Source: Candidatus Hydrogenedentota bacterium
Lineage (GTDB): Bacteria; Hydrogenedentota; Hydrogenedentia; Hydrogenedentales; SLHB01
NCBI GenBank assembly: GCA_963745075.1
Contig: CAVUWV010000003.1
Location: 1 to 64,000 of the forward strand
Reading direction: 5' to 3'
Length of the DNA: 64,000 nucleotides
Part shown: one piece after another, positions 19,536 through 30,425 of the stretch
How the letters are laid out: each line of letters starts with the position of its first letter
Position numbering within the stretch: position 1 is the first letter of the stretch
Notes under the pieces: model-generated
What the model saw: only the letters and a program-made list of their open reading frames with translations
The model's database searches: none
What the model was told of the DNA's origin: nothing
Made by a program: the position numbers and the translations under genes

Positions 19536-19856
19536 TTACTTCACCGCCGCCATTTGTTCCTCAAGATTTGCCAGGAGTACGCCTTCTACGCACCCAAACA
19601 GATTGACGATGCACGGCACGCGCAGCGTGTAATAGACCATCAATCCCCGCTTCTGGTCCTGCACGATCCCGGCCGATTTCAGTACCGTCAGATGCTTGGA
19701 CACGGTCGACGTGTCGGCCCCGATCATCTCGGTCAGCTCGCAGACACACCGCTCCCCCTTCGCCAGCTCGTCCACGATAAACAATCGCGTCGGGTGCGCC
19801 AGCGCCTTCACAATGCGTGCGCGCGCTTCGTACCGGGCTTGCGTTTTGGCGTCCAT
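19536..19856 (-). CDS. arsR: ArsR/SmtB family metalloregulator
   Basis: KALAHPTRL, ERCVCEL, STVSKHL..L..AGIV. Confidence 0.92.
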   Translation of the reverse strand: MDAKTQARYEARARIVKALAHPTRLFIVDELAKGERCVCELTEMIGADTSTVSKHLTVLKSAGIVQDQKRGLMVYYTLRVPCIVNLFGCVEGVLLANLEEQMAAVK

Positions 19857-19883
19857 GGATGGGGTCTCCGTAGATTCATTGCC

Positions 19884-19920
19884 TATTTGGTATTTTAGCC
19901 AATAAATGTACGAATGTCAA
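19884..19920 (-). promoter_or_regulatory. sigma70 promoter with overlapping ArsR-type operator
   Basis: TTGACA-17-TAAAAT on the minus strand; imperfect palindrome TATTTGG-N8-CCAATA at 19884-19904. Confidence 0.75.
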
Positions 19921-19948
19921 CCGTCCCTCTAAATAAAAGTGCAAGCGC

Positions 19949-20950
19949 TCACGTCACGCAAACCGTTACGCCGGTAAGATACTCCATGTGGTGGCCAAGT
20001 TCGTGCTTCACATCAGCCACGATCTCTTGAGCCTGGCCGACAGATAAGTTCCCATCGACTACAATTTCGATCTCTGCGCGTAATTTGTGGCCCAGCCAGC
20101 GTGCTTTCACATCCGTGATATCACGGACACCGTCGACGTGTGAGACGGCATGTCGAATCTCGTCGATAATCTCCGGGTCGACGCCGTCGAGAGACCGAGT
20201 AAAGACCGCGCGCGTAGACTGCCATACGATCCCGAATATGGCGACAGAGATCCCGAGACCGACGATGGGGTCGGCGAGCGGAAAACCCAGCCAAACACCA
20301 ATAGCCCCAAAAAGCACCGCCAGACTCGTCCATCCGTCAACACGTGCGTGGTAGCCGTCGGCAATCAGTGCGACGCTGTTGATCTCTTTTCCGACCTTAA
20401 TCCGAAACACCGCCACCGCCTCATTCCCGATGAAGCCGATTATCGACGCGGATACCACGGCCCACAGATACCCGACCGAGCGAGGATGAAAGAACCGGTC
20501 GACGGATTCATAGGCGGCAACCAGGGCACTAAACAGGATGATTCCGACGATGATCATACCGGCCAGATCTTCGACGCGCCCCAGCCCATACGGAAATCGC
20601 TTGCTTGGCTTGACGCGAGCAAACAGGAACGCGACCCAGAGCGGTATGGCGGTGGCCGCATCGCCGAAATTGTGGATGGTATCGGCGAGCAAGGCCACGC
20701 TCCCGGACAAATAGACGATGACCACCTGGAGCACCGCCGTCGCGAAGAGTCCCACAAAGGACCATTTGACAGCCCAGATTCCTCGCTCGGTCGTGACGAT
20801 CGTGGGGTCGATGACGCCGTGCGTGTGCCCATGCCCATCATCGTGGCCGTGTCCATGGCTGTGGCCATGTCCGTGGGGGAGGGCATCTTCATGGTGGTGT
20901 TCGGCACTATGATTGTGGTCTTCTTGGCGATGATGATTGTGTGGTGTCAT
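19949..20950 (-). CDS. Cation diffusion facilitator transporter with His-rich N-terminus
   Basis: His-rich tail; SGSVALLADTIHNFGD and ALIADGYHARVD site-A motifs. Confidence 0.93.
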   Translation of the reverse strand: MTPHNHHRQEDHNHSAEHHHEDALPHGHGHSHGHGHDDGHGHTHGVIDPTIVTTERGIWAVKWSFVGLFATAVLQVVIVYLSGSVALLADTIHNFGDAATAIPLWVAFLFARVKPSKRFPYGLGRVEDLAGMIIVGIILFSALVAAYESVDRFFHPRSVGYLWAVVSASIIGFIGNEAVAVFRIKVGKEINSVALIADGYHARVDGWTSLAVLFGAIGVWLGFPLADPIVGLGISVAIFGIVWQSTRAVFTRSLDGVDPEIIDEIRHAVSHVDGVRDITDVKARWLGHKLRAEIEIVVDGNLSVGQAQEIVADVKHELGHHMEYLTGVTVCVT

Positions 20951-20994
20951 TAGTGGAGTTTCCTTGACTCGACAAGAGAAGGGGATGACTGACT

Positions 20995-21273
20995 CTATTT
21001 GAGGTAGGACCGGATTACATCGACAAGCTGCTCGACTGCCTGAGCTTGCCCGGGTTCGGGGCGTTCTTTCGGGTCTATAACGTGGAGCCGGATGTGGCCT
21101 TCAATGATCTCGAACATGAGGCCATTAAGCGCTCCCCGGCATGACGCAACCAGTTGCAGCGTTTCATGGGGATCCTCTTCTTCGCTAAGCATACGCTCGA
21201 TTGCACTGAGTTGGCCCTGAATTCGATGAACGCGACTCAACAGCTTCTTTTTGTCTCTGACGGTGTGTGACAC
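20995..21273 (-). CDS. RcnR/CsoR/FrmR family metal-sensing repressor
   Basis: MSHT.RDK.KL..R..RIQGQ...RGALNGLM..IIEGHIRLH. Confidence 0.92.
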   Translation of the reverse strand: MSHTVRDKKKLLSRVHRIQGQLSAIERMLSEEEDPHETLQLVASCRGALNGLMFEIIEGHIRLHVIDPKERPEPGQAQAVEQLVDVIRSYLK

Positions 21274-21302
21274 GATTCGGCCTCCGTTGACCTTGCCCGG
21301 AT

Positions 21303-21337
21303 AAATATACTATAGTCCCCTATAGTATATTTTGCAA
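21303..21337 (-). promoter_or_regulatory. CsoR/RcnR-type operator overlapping a promoter
   Basis: Perfect 13-bp IR AAATATACTATAG-TCCC-CTATAGTATATTT with a central C tract; TTGCAA-17-TATAGT on the minus strand. Confidence 0.8.
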
Positions 21338-21403
21338 ATCCAGGGACGACTCCGCAGATGTGCGGCGGAAACAACCACCAGCGTTGGAGGGAGAGCGCGT
21401 TCT

Positions 21404-22508
21404 ATGAGCGATAGTACCGCAGAGAAAACGCAAGGGAACCGCATCGTCAGTATCGATCAACTTCGCGGGTACGCGATATTCGGCATGCTGATCGTTAATG
21501 CGAAGGGCCTCTTTTTTGAGCCGATCAAAGCGACGCTGGAGGGCACCGGCGCGCAAGGCTTTTTCGAAGTGTGCTTGTTTCAGATCAGCCATCACCGGAC
21601 GACGTTTACTTACGCCGACACGATTGCGCCGCTCTTCGTGTTCGTCGTCGGGATGGGAATGCGGTTATCTTGGTTGCGCCGGAGCGACGCCGCCGGAACC
21701 TGGCCGAGCCGGAAAGCGCTGATCAAACGGTATACGTTGCTGGTGCTGATCGCCTTTGCGCTCTACGCGGGTTGGCTTTGGGACGCGCTCATGGACATCG
21801 GGCTTGCCGGGCTGCTTGCCGTCGCGTTTATCGACAAGAAGCCCCGCACGCGTATCCTTGCCGCATTTGCCTTAGTCTTCATATATCAGGCCATCTACAT
21901 GCTGACGTCGTATGGGGTATGGTCGGTCCACGGCAAATTCTCGCTCGACAATCCGGATTACGTTCCACTACTGGTGCGCCTGGTTCCGTTGAACGAGGAA
22001 CTGTTCGAACGTCACCTTGAATGGTGGCCCGCTGGGTCCGCTCAGTTGGGTGATGATGCTGCTGTTCGGATCGGTCGCATACGACATCATGGCGGAACGA
22101 AACGACAGGAAGTTTGTGCTCAGTTCCCTGGGCTGGGGCATGGGGCTTTGCGCAGCGGCATTCGTGCTTCACGTGGAGTGGCCCGGCGTGAAGGAAGCCT
22201 GGCCGATGTCCGCGCGATACATGAACGCGCCATTTCCGCTGTGGTCAACCGGGCTGTGTTTTCTCCAATTACTTGCGTTCTACATCATTTGCGACAAACT
22301 CCATCTCCGTATACCGACATTTACGTCGGTCGGCATGAATCCGCTGGTCATCTATATTGCCCAGAGCCTCGTCCTGGATGTGGCCGAGGGCTTCGCGCCG
22401 GAGAAACTGTCCTTGCTTGCCGGATTGGTGGGGTTCGGAGTTTTCTGGGCCATCTTCGCGGGTGCCGCCTACTATATGCGGCGCAAGAAGATCTACGTCA
22501 AGATTTGA
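21404..22508 (+). CDS. HGSNAT/DUF5009-like membrane acyltransferase (frameshift near 22015)
   Basis: RIVSIDQLRG...MLIVN...TYADTIAPLF; C-terminus GMNPL.IY...RRKKIYVKI in a second frame. Confidence 0.8.
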
Positions 22509-22664
22509 TGAATGTGTCCATCGTACGTTTTGACGCGGTGGAACCGGAGACTTTACCGACGACGTATCTAAGCGGACGGAGCGGGAGTAAAGGAGGATTG
22601 GAATGATGAAGTTTCGAAGACGATTGCGGCACTTGCTATGTCCATCACGATTTGAGGCGCGGCA

Positions 22665-23414
22665 ATGGCGCACGTGCAGGTTCTCGTGCCGTCGGACAGG
22701 AACTCCGCCGGGAAGGGTTCGGATGAAACGTTGAACATCTACTTCGTTGAACACGTGATGAAGAAGGCCCCCGTATATCCCATGGCCGAACCGAAGCAAT
22801 TCGGGGTCCTGGTCAACGGCACGAAGCTCGATTTGCGGGACTCGCTGCAAAAGAACGACATCGCCGGCAAGGCCGCGTTCCGGGCCGCATACACGATGAC
22901 GGAGCCGGGCGCCCATGTCTTCTATTTGGAACCGGCCCCGTATTGGGACCCCGAGGAAGAAGTCGCGATCACGCACTACACCAAAGTGATTCTGAATTCC
23001 TGCGATGCCGGGCTTTCTACGGAGTCGGAACTTGGATGGGAGAACTACGAGGGGTGGGACACATTGGTGGGCTTCCCGGTGGAGATAGAACCTCTGGTGC
23101 AGTGTACGGCGTTGTGGACGAACAGCGTGTTTCGAGGTATCGTGCGGGTCAACGGGAACCCCGAACCTTTTGCGCGTATCGAAGTCGAGTATATGAACGA
23201 CGACGGCGCGGTCACGATCCCGAACAACGCGTTTGTGACGCAGATTCTGAAGACCGATGAGCACGGCGAATTCGCGTTTGTGCCGGTGAAAGCCGGATGG
23301 TGGGCGTTGAGTGCGATTATCGAACCCGCGCAGAAAAGTACGGGTCCAAACGGTGAGGAAGTGGAGACCGAACTGGGCGGCGTACTGTGGATTCACTGCG
23401 TTGATATGGAATAG
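22665..23414 (+). CDS. DUF4198 (Co/Ni transport-associated) protein; true start probably near 22603 with an indel in the signal peptide
   Basis: AH.Q.L.P, EPAPYW.PEE..ITHYTK, PVEIEPL, VEY.N, GWWALSA, ELGGVLW. Confidence 0.85.
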   Translation: MAHVQVLVPSDRNSAGKGSDETLNIYFVEHVMKKAPVYPMAEPKQFGVLVNGTKLDLRDSLQKNDIAGKAAFRAAYTMTEPGAHVFYLEPAPYWDPEEEVAITHYTKVILNSCDAGLSTESELGWENYEGWDTLVGFPVEIEPLVQCTALWTNSVFRGIVRVNGNPEPFARIEVEYMNDDGAVTIPNNAFVTQILKTDEHGEFAFVPVKAGWWALSAIIEPAQKSTGPNGEEVETELGGVLWIHCVDME

Positions 23415-23439
23415 CCGCAGTCATACGATCGCGTGAATT

Positions 23440-23688
23440 GAGCAGGTCTTCGCGGTGCGACAACTTGATCAAAAACTGAAATCGGTTCGGCGTGGCGGAC
23501 ACCCAGCGCTCCAACAGCTCCTTCCGCGGTAGCCGGTAGAACGTCATGTTCACTTCGACCGTATCAAAATGCTCCGCGTAGAACCGCAGCCATTCGCCCT
23601 GCTTCAGCCCGCGCGGATAGAACACTCCTTTCGCCCAATGGGGATAGCTCCACCCGCTCGTGCCGATGTATGCCGCAGTGTTTGCCAT
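23440..23688 (-). pseudogene. Truncated DUF72 family gene
   Basis: IGTSGWSY..W...FYP...FDTVEVN.TFYR then loses similarity after about 80 aa and runs into the convergent DUF4198 gene. Confidence 0.75.
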
Positions 23689-23739
23689 GGCTTGACGGAC
23701 CTCAATTCGAGAACTTGATCCCTCATGAACGCGTTCCCG

Positions 23740-26352
23740 TTACCCATTCTCGGGCCACCATTCGGGTTGGGGCGGCGTGAGGAAACCTTCTTCGATGGCG
23801 ATTCCATACAGGGGGCCGAAGCATCCAATCAGGGTCCCTTCGTAGCCTGTGGGCAGGCCTTCCCAGGATCGGAATTCGTGGCCCGTTCCGGTTCCGCCGT
23901 TGAACACGCCCGCCGCGTATCCGTCCGACAGTTCCTTCGCCAGTTTTTGTGCGTGGCTGCGGAGACCGTGGATGGACAAGGCCCGCAGGTAGTACGTGGC
24001 CGGCCAGCCGCTGACACTGCCGTCGGTGTAGGTTTCAAAGGTGGGCTGAAGTTGGCCGAGGATTTGGGGCAGTTTCTGATCGGTTTCCGGAATGGGCAAG
24101 AGGTTGCAGGGCATGCCCAATCGGGCATCGGGTGGACCAAGCTCCTCACGAGCACGCTCCAACGCGAGCAATGCGTCGCGACTCGCGCCGTCGTTCAGCA
24201 AACCGAAGGCAAGCGCCACACCGTTCACCCAGATGAAGCCGAAGTCGTGGAGTTGGCCGTCGCGGCTGCGCCAACCCGCGACCCAGCCCGTTTCCGGATT
24301 GACCAGCGCTGACGCGTAACTCTCGCGCAGGTGTTCCGCCACGTCGCGGCACCGTGCAGCTAACGTCTTCCGCTCAGGCAACTCGCCGAGTAGCGCGGCG
24401 GCGTTGCGAAATCCGCGATAGGCCCAGGCGTTGACATACGCGTCGACATGCCCGAACCCGACCACATCCATGGAGTTCGAACTCCACCGGTACGAGCCCG
24501 AATTGCCGGAGAGATCCTTGCAGACCAGGAGTCCCGTATCGCCGAGTTCACCAAACATACGCTCGACAGTTTCCACCAAGCCTGGCTCGATCTGTTTCAA
24601 CCATTCCGCATCCGGACCGGCCTGGTGAATACGCCCTGCCGCCGACAGCAGCACCGGATCGCTGTCGAGGTAGAGGTTGCGCCAATAGCCGTAGCCGCCG
24701 CCGTCCAGCAACGCGCGGCCGATGGTGAATCGCGCGAGGTCCAACGGATCGGGTCCGTGGGTGGGGCGCTTCGTGTGCGCCACGATCTCGAGCGGGGGAC
24801 CCTGCGACAAGTGGCAGTTGACCGAAGCCGAGTGGTTGGAGAATCCGCGGTGCTCGGGCCGGTAACACGAGAACACGGTGGCCCAGTGCCGCGCCAGTCC
24901 GTCGCTGGCCTTGCGCATGTTCTTCTTCGTGTTCGGGATTAGATTCGTCACAGCGAATTCGCAGCGCGTGCGCTGCGTACCCGCCGGAATAACCGGGCAG
25001 GTGTCCGGTCCGGGGCGTTCACCAAGAACGAACCCGCCGGTAACGCAGTTTGAACTTCGGTAGCTTTCCACTTGCACACGGCACGGGTCGTGGCTGCCGT
25101 CCAGCACGCGGCACGAAAGGCAGCCAACCCCGTCGGTCGCCCACATCGCGGGCAACGTCACGTCCCCGTTTCGCCCGGGCAGTAAGGAGGGAATACCCGC
25201 CATGCCTGTAATGCCCTGGGTCAAATCCCAGGACAAACGCCACGCCTCAGATTCAACGACCGGAATATCGCGCGTGCACGTCTGCGTCAATGCCAGCGTG
25301 AAGCGATCCTTCTGCACGACGAACTCGGCGTCAATTTGAAAACCATCGACGACGTGCAGGTTGGTGTATTGGACACGATTGCCCTCGACCGAAACTTCGC
25401 CCGTCCAGAGCGATGGGGGATAGTCCCGTTCGAACGTTCGCAGCATGGGTCCGCTGACGCCGCCGGTGATGTTGTAGGTCGTGCGTTTGCGGGATGCGAG
25501 GAGCCGGTTGCTCTTCGCTTGCCCTTGTCCCAGCGCATCCCACCCCAGATGCAGGAGCATGGGCCGCGTCAATGAAAACCCGATGGAAAGGTAGTTGCTT
25601 TCGAAGCGCACCATGTCCGGCAGCACCTGAACGCGCATCCCTTTCGGAGCCTTTGGCTTGATTCGCTGCCGTTTCAGGATTCGCGCGGGCGGACTTATAG
25701 CGCGGGGCTCCTCCACGGGTACGCCATACGCATGCAATTCGTTTAGAATGCCGAAGGGTACATTGAAAACGCCGCCGTTGCATTCCCCATGGTTTGGCCA
25801 GACCGGATGCTCGCGGTCGCATACGATCCGCAGGTGGTCGGTCTCCAGACCGTCGAGCGCGATGACATGCGGTGGCTCGCTCAGAATTGGGCGGAGATGC
25901 ACTTCCATTTCCTCGGCGCTCATCTTTTGCGACAGGCCCTCGCCGGCAATGCGGGGGTCGGCCGGGAGATCGACCTCGCACAACGTCTTCCACGTCCGGC
26001 TTTGTGGATCAAAAGTCGACACGATCAGGTGCGCAGGATGTGTTGGCACCGACGGTATGGCTCTGCCATACACGAGCCGTCCCAACTCCAACCGATCCAA
26101 CTGCACCGTGCGTCCAAACCGCAGATATCGCGTGCACGTTTGTCCGTACGCCTGTGTGCCCAAGCGGGGATGGTCAACGTGCTGCACGCCCCCGTGGGTG
26201 ATGGCGTGATCGAGGAGGAGTTGGGCGTTGGATGTCGGCACGTTTTCATTGGACTCGCTGGTATCGGCGCGCGTCTGTCCCGATGCACGCGCGGCAACGG
26301 CCGACACGATTCCCGTCTTGAGCACATCGCGACGGCTGACCTTAACGCCCAT
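23740..26352 (-). CDS. Tat-exported protein with C-terminal six-hairpin glycosidase-like domain
   Basis: SRRDVLK twin-arginine signal; C-terminal helical region (NSMDVVGFGHVDAYVNA, GWVAGWRSRDG, GYEG). Confidence 0.6.
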   Translation of the reverse strand: MGVKVSRRDVLKTGIVSAVAARASGQTRADTSESNENVPTSNAQLLLDHAITHGGVQHVDHPRLGTQAYGQTCTRYLRFGRTVQLDRLELGRLVYGRAIPSVPTHPAHLIVSTFDPQSRTWKTLCEVDLPADPRIAGEGLSQKMSAEEMEVHLRPILSEPPHVIALDGLETDHLRIVCDREHPVWPNHGECNGGVFNVPFGILNELHAYGVPVEEPRAISPPARILKRQRIKPKAPKGMRVQVLPDMVRFESNYLSIGFSLTRPMLLHLGWDALGQGQAKSNRLLASRKRTTYNITGGVSGPMLRTFERDYPPSLWTGEVSVEGNRVQYTNLHVVDGFQIDAEFVVQKDRFTLALTQTCTRDIPVVESEAWRLSWDLTQGITGMAGIPSLLPGRNGDVTLPAMWATDGVGCLSCRVLDGSHDPCRVQVESYRSSNCVTGGFVLGERPGPDTCPVIPAGTQRTRCEFAVTNLIPNTKKNMRKASDGLARHWATVFSCYRPEHRGFSNHSASVNCHLSQGPPLEIVAHTKRPTHGPDPLDLARFTIGRALLDGGGYGYWRNLYLDSDPVLLSAAGRIHQAGPDAEWLKQIEPGLVETVERMFGELGDTGLLVCKDLSGNSGSYRWSSNSMDVVGFGHVDAYVNAWAYRGFRNAAALLGELPERKTLAARCRDVAEHLRESYASALVNPETGWVAGWRSRDGQLHDFGFIWVNGVALAFGLLNDGASRDALLALERAREELGPPDARLGMPCNLLPIPETDQKLPQILGQLQPTFETYTDGSVSGWPATYYLRALSIHGLRSHAQKLAKELSDGYAAGVFNGGTGTGHEFRSWEGLPTGYEGTLIGCFGPLYGIAIEEGFLTPPQPEWWPENG

Positions 26353-26437
26353 AACGACTTCCCCCGGGTAGAAACCCGTTGCGTTACCGCCGGGATTCCT
26401 CGACGAATCCCAGGTCGCCAAGCATAACGCGGGTGCG

Positions 26438-27334
26438 CTATTTCGGCAACCGGTCAACCATTTCGGCCTCGGGCTCGACATCGGCACGCGGACGAATCGG
26501 CGCGAACGCTGCCTGATACCCTTCCCGATACGTGGGATGCAGAAACGCGTAGCCCGTGGTCAACAGACGCGCGTTGGAGCAGCGCTTGTTCCCGCGGGCG
26601 CCGCGCCCTTCAGATTCGCCGTCTTCCGTGGGCGGTTCGGGGACGCCAATCAAATCAGCAATCCAACGATATAAGGTCGCGCGCTCGGCGGGTTCGCAGT
26701 CCACGCCAAGGTAGAGGTCGTCCGGCTTTTCGATATTCATGAGGTGGTGCAGCATGCCCGCGCAATCGTCACGGTGGATTAGGTTCACGTACGTGGGTTC
26801 CGTCGGGCACGTGACGATGCGGTCGCGCACGCGGTCGAGGGTTTGTGTGCGGCCGGGACCGTAAATGCCGCCAAGACGGACGACCGTCGACGGGAACGGT
26901 CCATCCCGGAACACTTGCTCGCCTTCAAGCAACGCCGTGCCGGAGAAGTGCGACGGCTCCGTTGGAGAGGTCTCGTCCACCCACTCGCCGTCTTGTTGCG
27001 CATACACCCCGGTGCTCGACGTGAAGAAGATGCGCGCAACCGGCTGTTGCTGCTTCGCCAACGCCACGAGCAGGTTGCGCGGCCCGTCGACATAAGCGGT
27101 CCGGTACCGAGCCTCGTCATACTCGCCCGCGGCTGCCGTATAGAAGACAATATCGAGGTCTTCGGGCAGCGCGTCGAGTGCATGCTGATCGGCGAGGTCC
27201 GCGGCCACCGGATGCACGTTTTCCGGCAACCAAACCGGGTTGCGCCGCAGCCCCCATACGTCGTGGCCGTCGTCGACCAGTCGCGCGGCCAGGGCTGAAC
27301 CAATGTATCCGCATCCCGCGATGAGAACGTTCAT
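26438..27334 (-). CDS. NAD-dependent epimerase/dehydratase (atypical SDR)
   Basis: VLIAGCGYIG, SSTGVY, RLGGIYGPGR, NLIHRDD. Confidence 0.9.
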   Translation of the reverse strand: MNVLIAGCGYIGSALAARLVDDGHDVWGLRRNPVWLPENVHPVAADLADQHALDALPEDLDIVFYTAAAGEYDEARYRTAYVDGPRNLLVALAKQQQPVARIFFTSSTGVYAQQDGEWVDETSPTEPSHFSGTALLEGEQVFRDGPFPSTVVRLGGIYGPGRTQTLDRVRDRIVTCPTEPTYVNLIHRDDCAGMLHHLMNIEKPDDLYLGVDCEPAERATLYRWIADLIGVPEPPTEDGESEGRGARGNKRCSNARLLTTGYAFLHPTYREGYQAAFAPIRPRADVEPEAEMVDRLPK

Positions 27335-27434
27335 TATTGCCTCCCGCATAAGAATAGTGCGCATGCGCGCGACTATCGTAGAACATTAAACGACGTGCAC
27401 CTGACGATATATTATAACAAACGGCGGGGCAGCG

Positions 27435-27475
27435 GTGTTCTGTTCCCCGGTGTTCTGTTCCCGTGTTCTGTTCCC
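27435..27475. repeat. Tandem repeat (GTGTTCTGTTCCC) x3
   Basis: Three copies seen directly, separated by 0-2 nt. Confidence 0.85.
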
Positions 27476-27708
27476 GGAGAATTCGAGAGACTGCAAGGAC
27501 AGCAGTGACAACAGGGACGCCCGCAACGCTGTCTACTCGACTGAGCGAGTCCGGCGAGAAGACGCGATGGTGCAACGGTCTTCAAAGCCTCGTTGTCCTT
27601 GTTGTCCCTGGTGTCGCTAGAAAAACAGGGAAGCTCCGGTAGACCGTTGCTAAGGAATCAAAGATGGCAGTGCCGTTACGGCACGCCGCTTTCCGAAAGG
27701 AGCACACT

Positions 27709-28222
27709 ATGCCCGACACAAACTGGGGTATCGCACTGATTGCCGAATCCAAACACCGGCTTTTCGACGAATCGGTGCCTCGAATTCGCAAGTGCCTCGG
27801 CCAACTTTCCGACGACGAAATCTGGTTTCGCCCGAACGCGGAGACGGTCAGCATCGGCAACCTCGTACTGCACCTCTGCGGTAACGCCCGGCAATGGATA
27901 TGTTCCGGTCTCGGCGGGGAACCCGACCACCGGCAGCGGTCCAAGGAGTTCGAGCAGCCAGGCCCGATCCCGCGCGCGGATTTGCTGGAACTGTTGGAAC
28001 AGACCGAGACCGACGTGCGCCGCGTGCTCGATTCCGTCGATACGGCGACGTTGCTCGAATAAGCGTCCGGTCCAGATTTACCAGGAGTCCGGTCTCGGTA
28101 TTCTGGTCCACGTGGTCGAACATTTCTCCTATCACACGGGCCAGATCACCTACGCCGTGAAGTCGAGGAAAGGCGTCGACATGGGCTACTATGCGGGGCA
28201 GAAGCTGGACGGGAAGCCATAG
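27709..28222 (+). CDS. DinB family protein (one extra T near 28060)
   Basis: SIGNLVLHLCGN..QW...HVVEHFSYHTGQI across two frames. Confidence 0.85.
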
Positions 28223-28347
28223 CCCCACCTTGTTTGTTGCCGAAATGAAGGAATGTTGCGGAGTGGGTTCGTTTTCGAGAAGAATCACGCTGTTGCCGTG
28301 TTCGCAGTATCTCGCAAACGTTTCATTTGAAGTCTTGGAGTAAAGTA

Positions 28348-29049
28348 GTGAGTGCCCCACCTGTCCGTTTTCAGGATTTCGAACGCATTGTCTTCTTTAC
28401 CGGCGCCGGATTGTCGGCCGAGAGTGGGATTCCCACCTATCGTGGTCATGGTGGCGTCTGGTCCAAGTACAACTACGAGGATTATGCCTGCCAGGAAGCA
28501 TTCCTGTGCGACCCGGAGAAGGTGTGGGACTTTCACGACAAGCGTCGCGAAACGGTCGCGGCGTGCGAACCGAACGGGGCGCACCGCGTCATTGCGGAGG
28601 TGCAGCGGGATAAGCCTGCCACGATCATCATCACGCAGAACATCGACGGCCTGCATCAGCGCGCGGGAGCGACGGGTGTCATTGAACTGCATGGCAGCCT
28701 GTGGCGCGTGCGATGCGACGACGAAGACGTGGTGGTGGGCAACGACCGGGTGCCCCTCAATCCCCGGCGCTGCACCTGTGGCGCATATTGGCGGCCCGAC
28801 ATCGTCTGGTTCGGCGACATGCTGGACCCGCTCAACATTGAGAAGGCCATCAATGCCCTGCAACGGTGCGACCTGCTCGTCACCGTCGGGACTTCCGGCG
28901 TGGTGTATCCGGCTGCGGACCTGCCACGCATCGCCATCGAGTCCGGCGCCGTCACGGTCGAGATCAATCCCGATACCACGCCCGTCAGTCGGTTGTACCA
29001 ACATACGGTGCGCGAGCGAGCGTCGACGGCCCTGATGAAGATGCAATAG
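28348..29049 (+). CDS. cobB: NAD-dependent protein deacylase (sirtuin, CobB-like)
   Basis: TGAGLSAESGIPT.RG, TQNIDGLHQRAG, ELHGSL, RPDIVWFG, GTSG.VYPAA. Confidence 0.9.
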   Translation: MSAPPVRFQDFERIVFFTGAGLSAESGIPTYRGHGGVWSKYNYEDYACQEAFLCDPEKVWDFHDKRRETVAACEPNGAHRVIAEVQRDKPATIIITQNIDGLHQRAGATGVIELHGSLWRVRCDDEDVVVGNDRVPLNPRRCTCGAYWRPDIVWFGDMLDPLNIEKAINALQRCDLLVTVGTSGVVYPAADLPRIAIESGAVTVEINPDTTPVSRLYQHTVRERASTALMKMQ

Positions 29050-29235
29050 GTGTATCGGGGACTGATTCCGCGACGCCGTTGGTCGTGAAAGCGGGAATCC
29101 ATCCTCCTTATCTGTCGTCCGCGCGTGCGCGATCAAGTCGGCGTCTGTTATGCTTTCCAAAGTTCGCCCGGCACGGTAACCGGGTTACAGAAACCAACCT
29201 CTACGATTTGAAATAACTTGCGGGGAGCAGACTGC

Positions 29236-30423
<1,188 letters not shown>

Positions 30424-30425
30424 CC

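Noticed and set aside
28348..29049. Sir2 gene as an anti-phage NADase (Thoeris/DSR type)
   Set aside because: It is a standalone CobB-size protein with housekeeping motifs and no defence partner genes.
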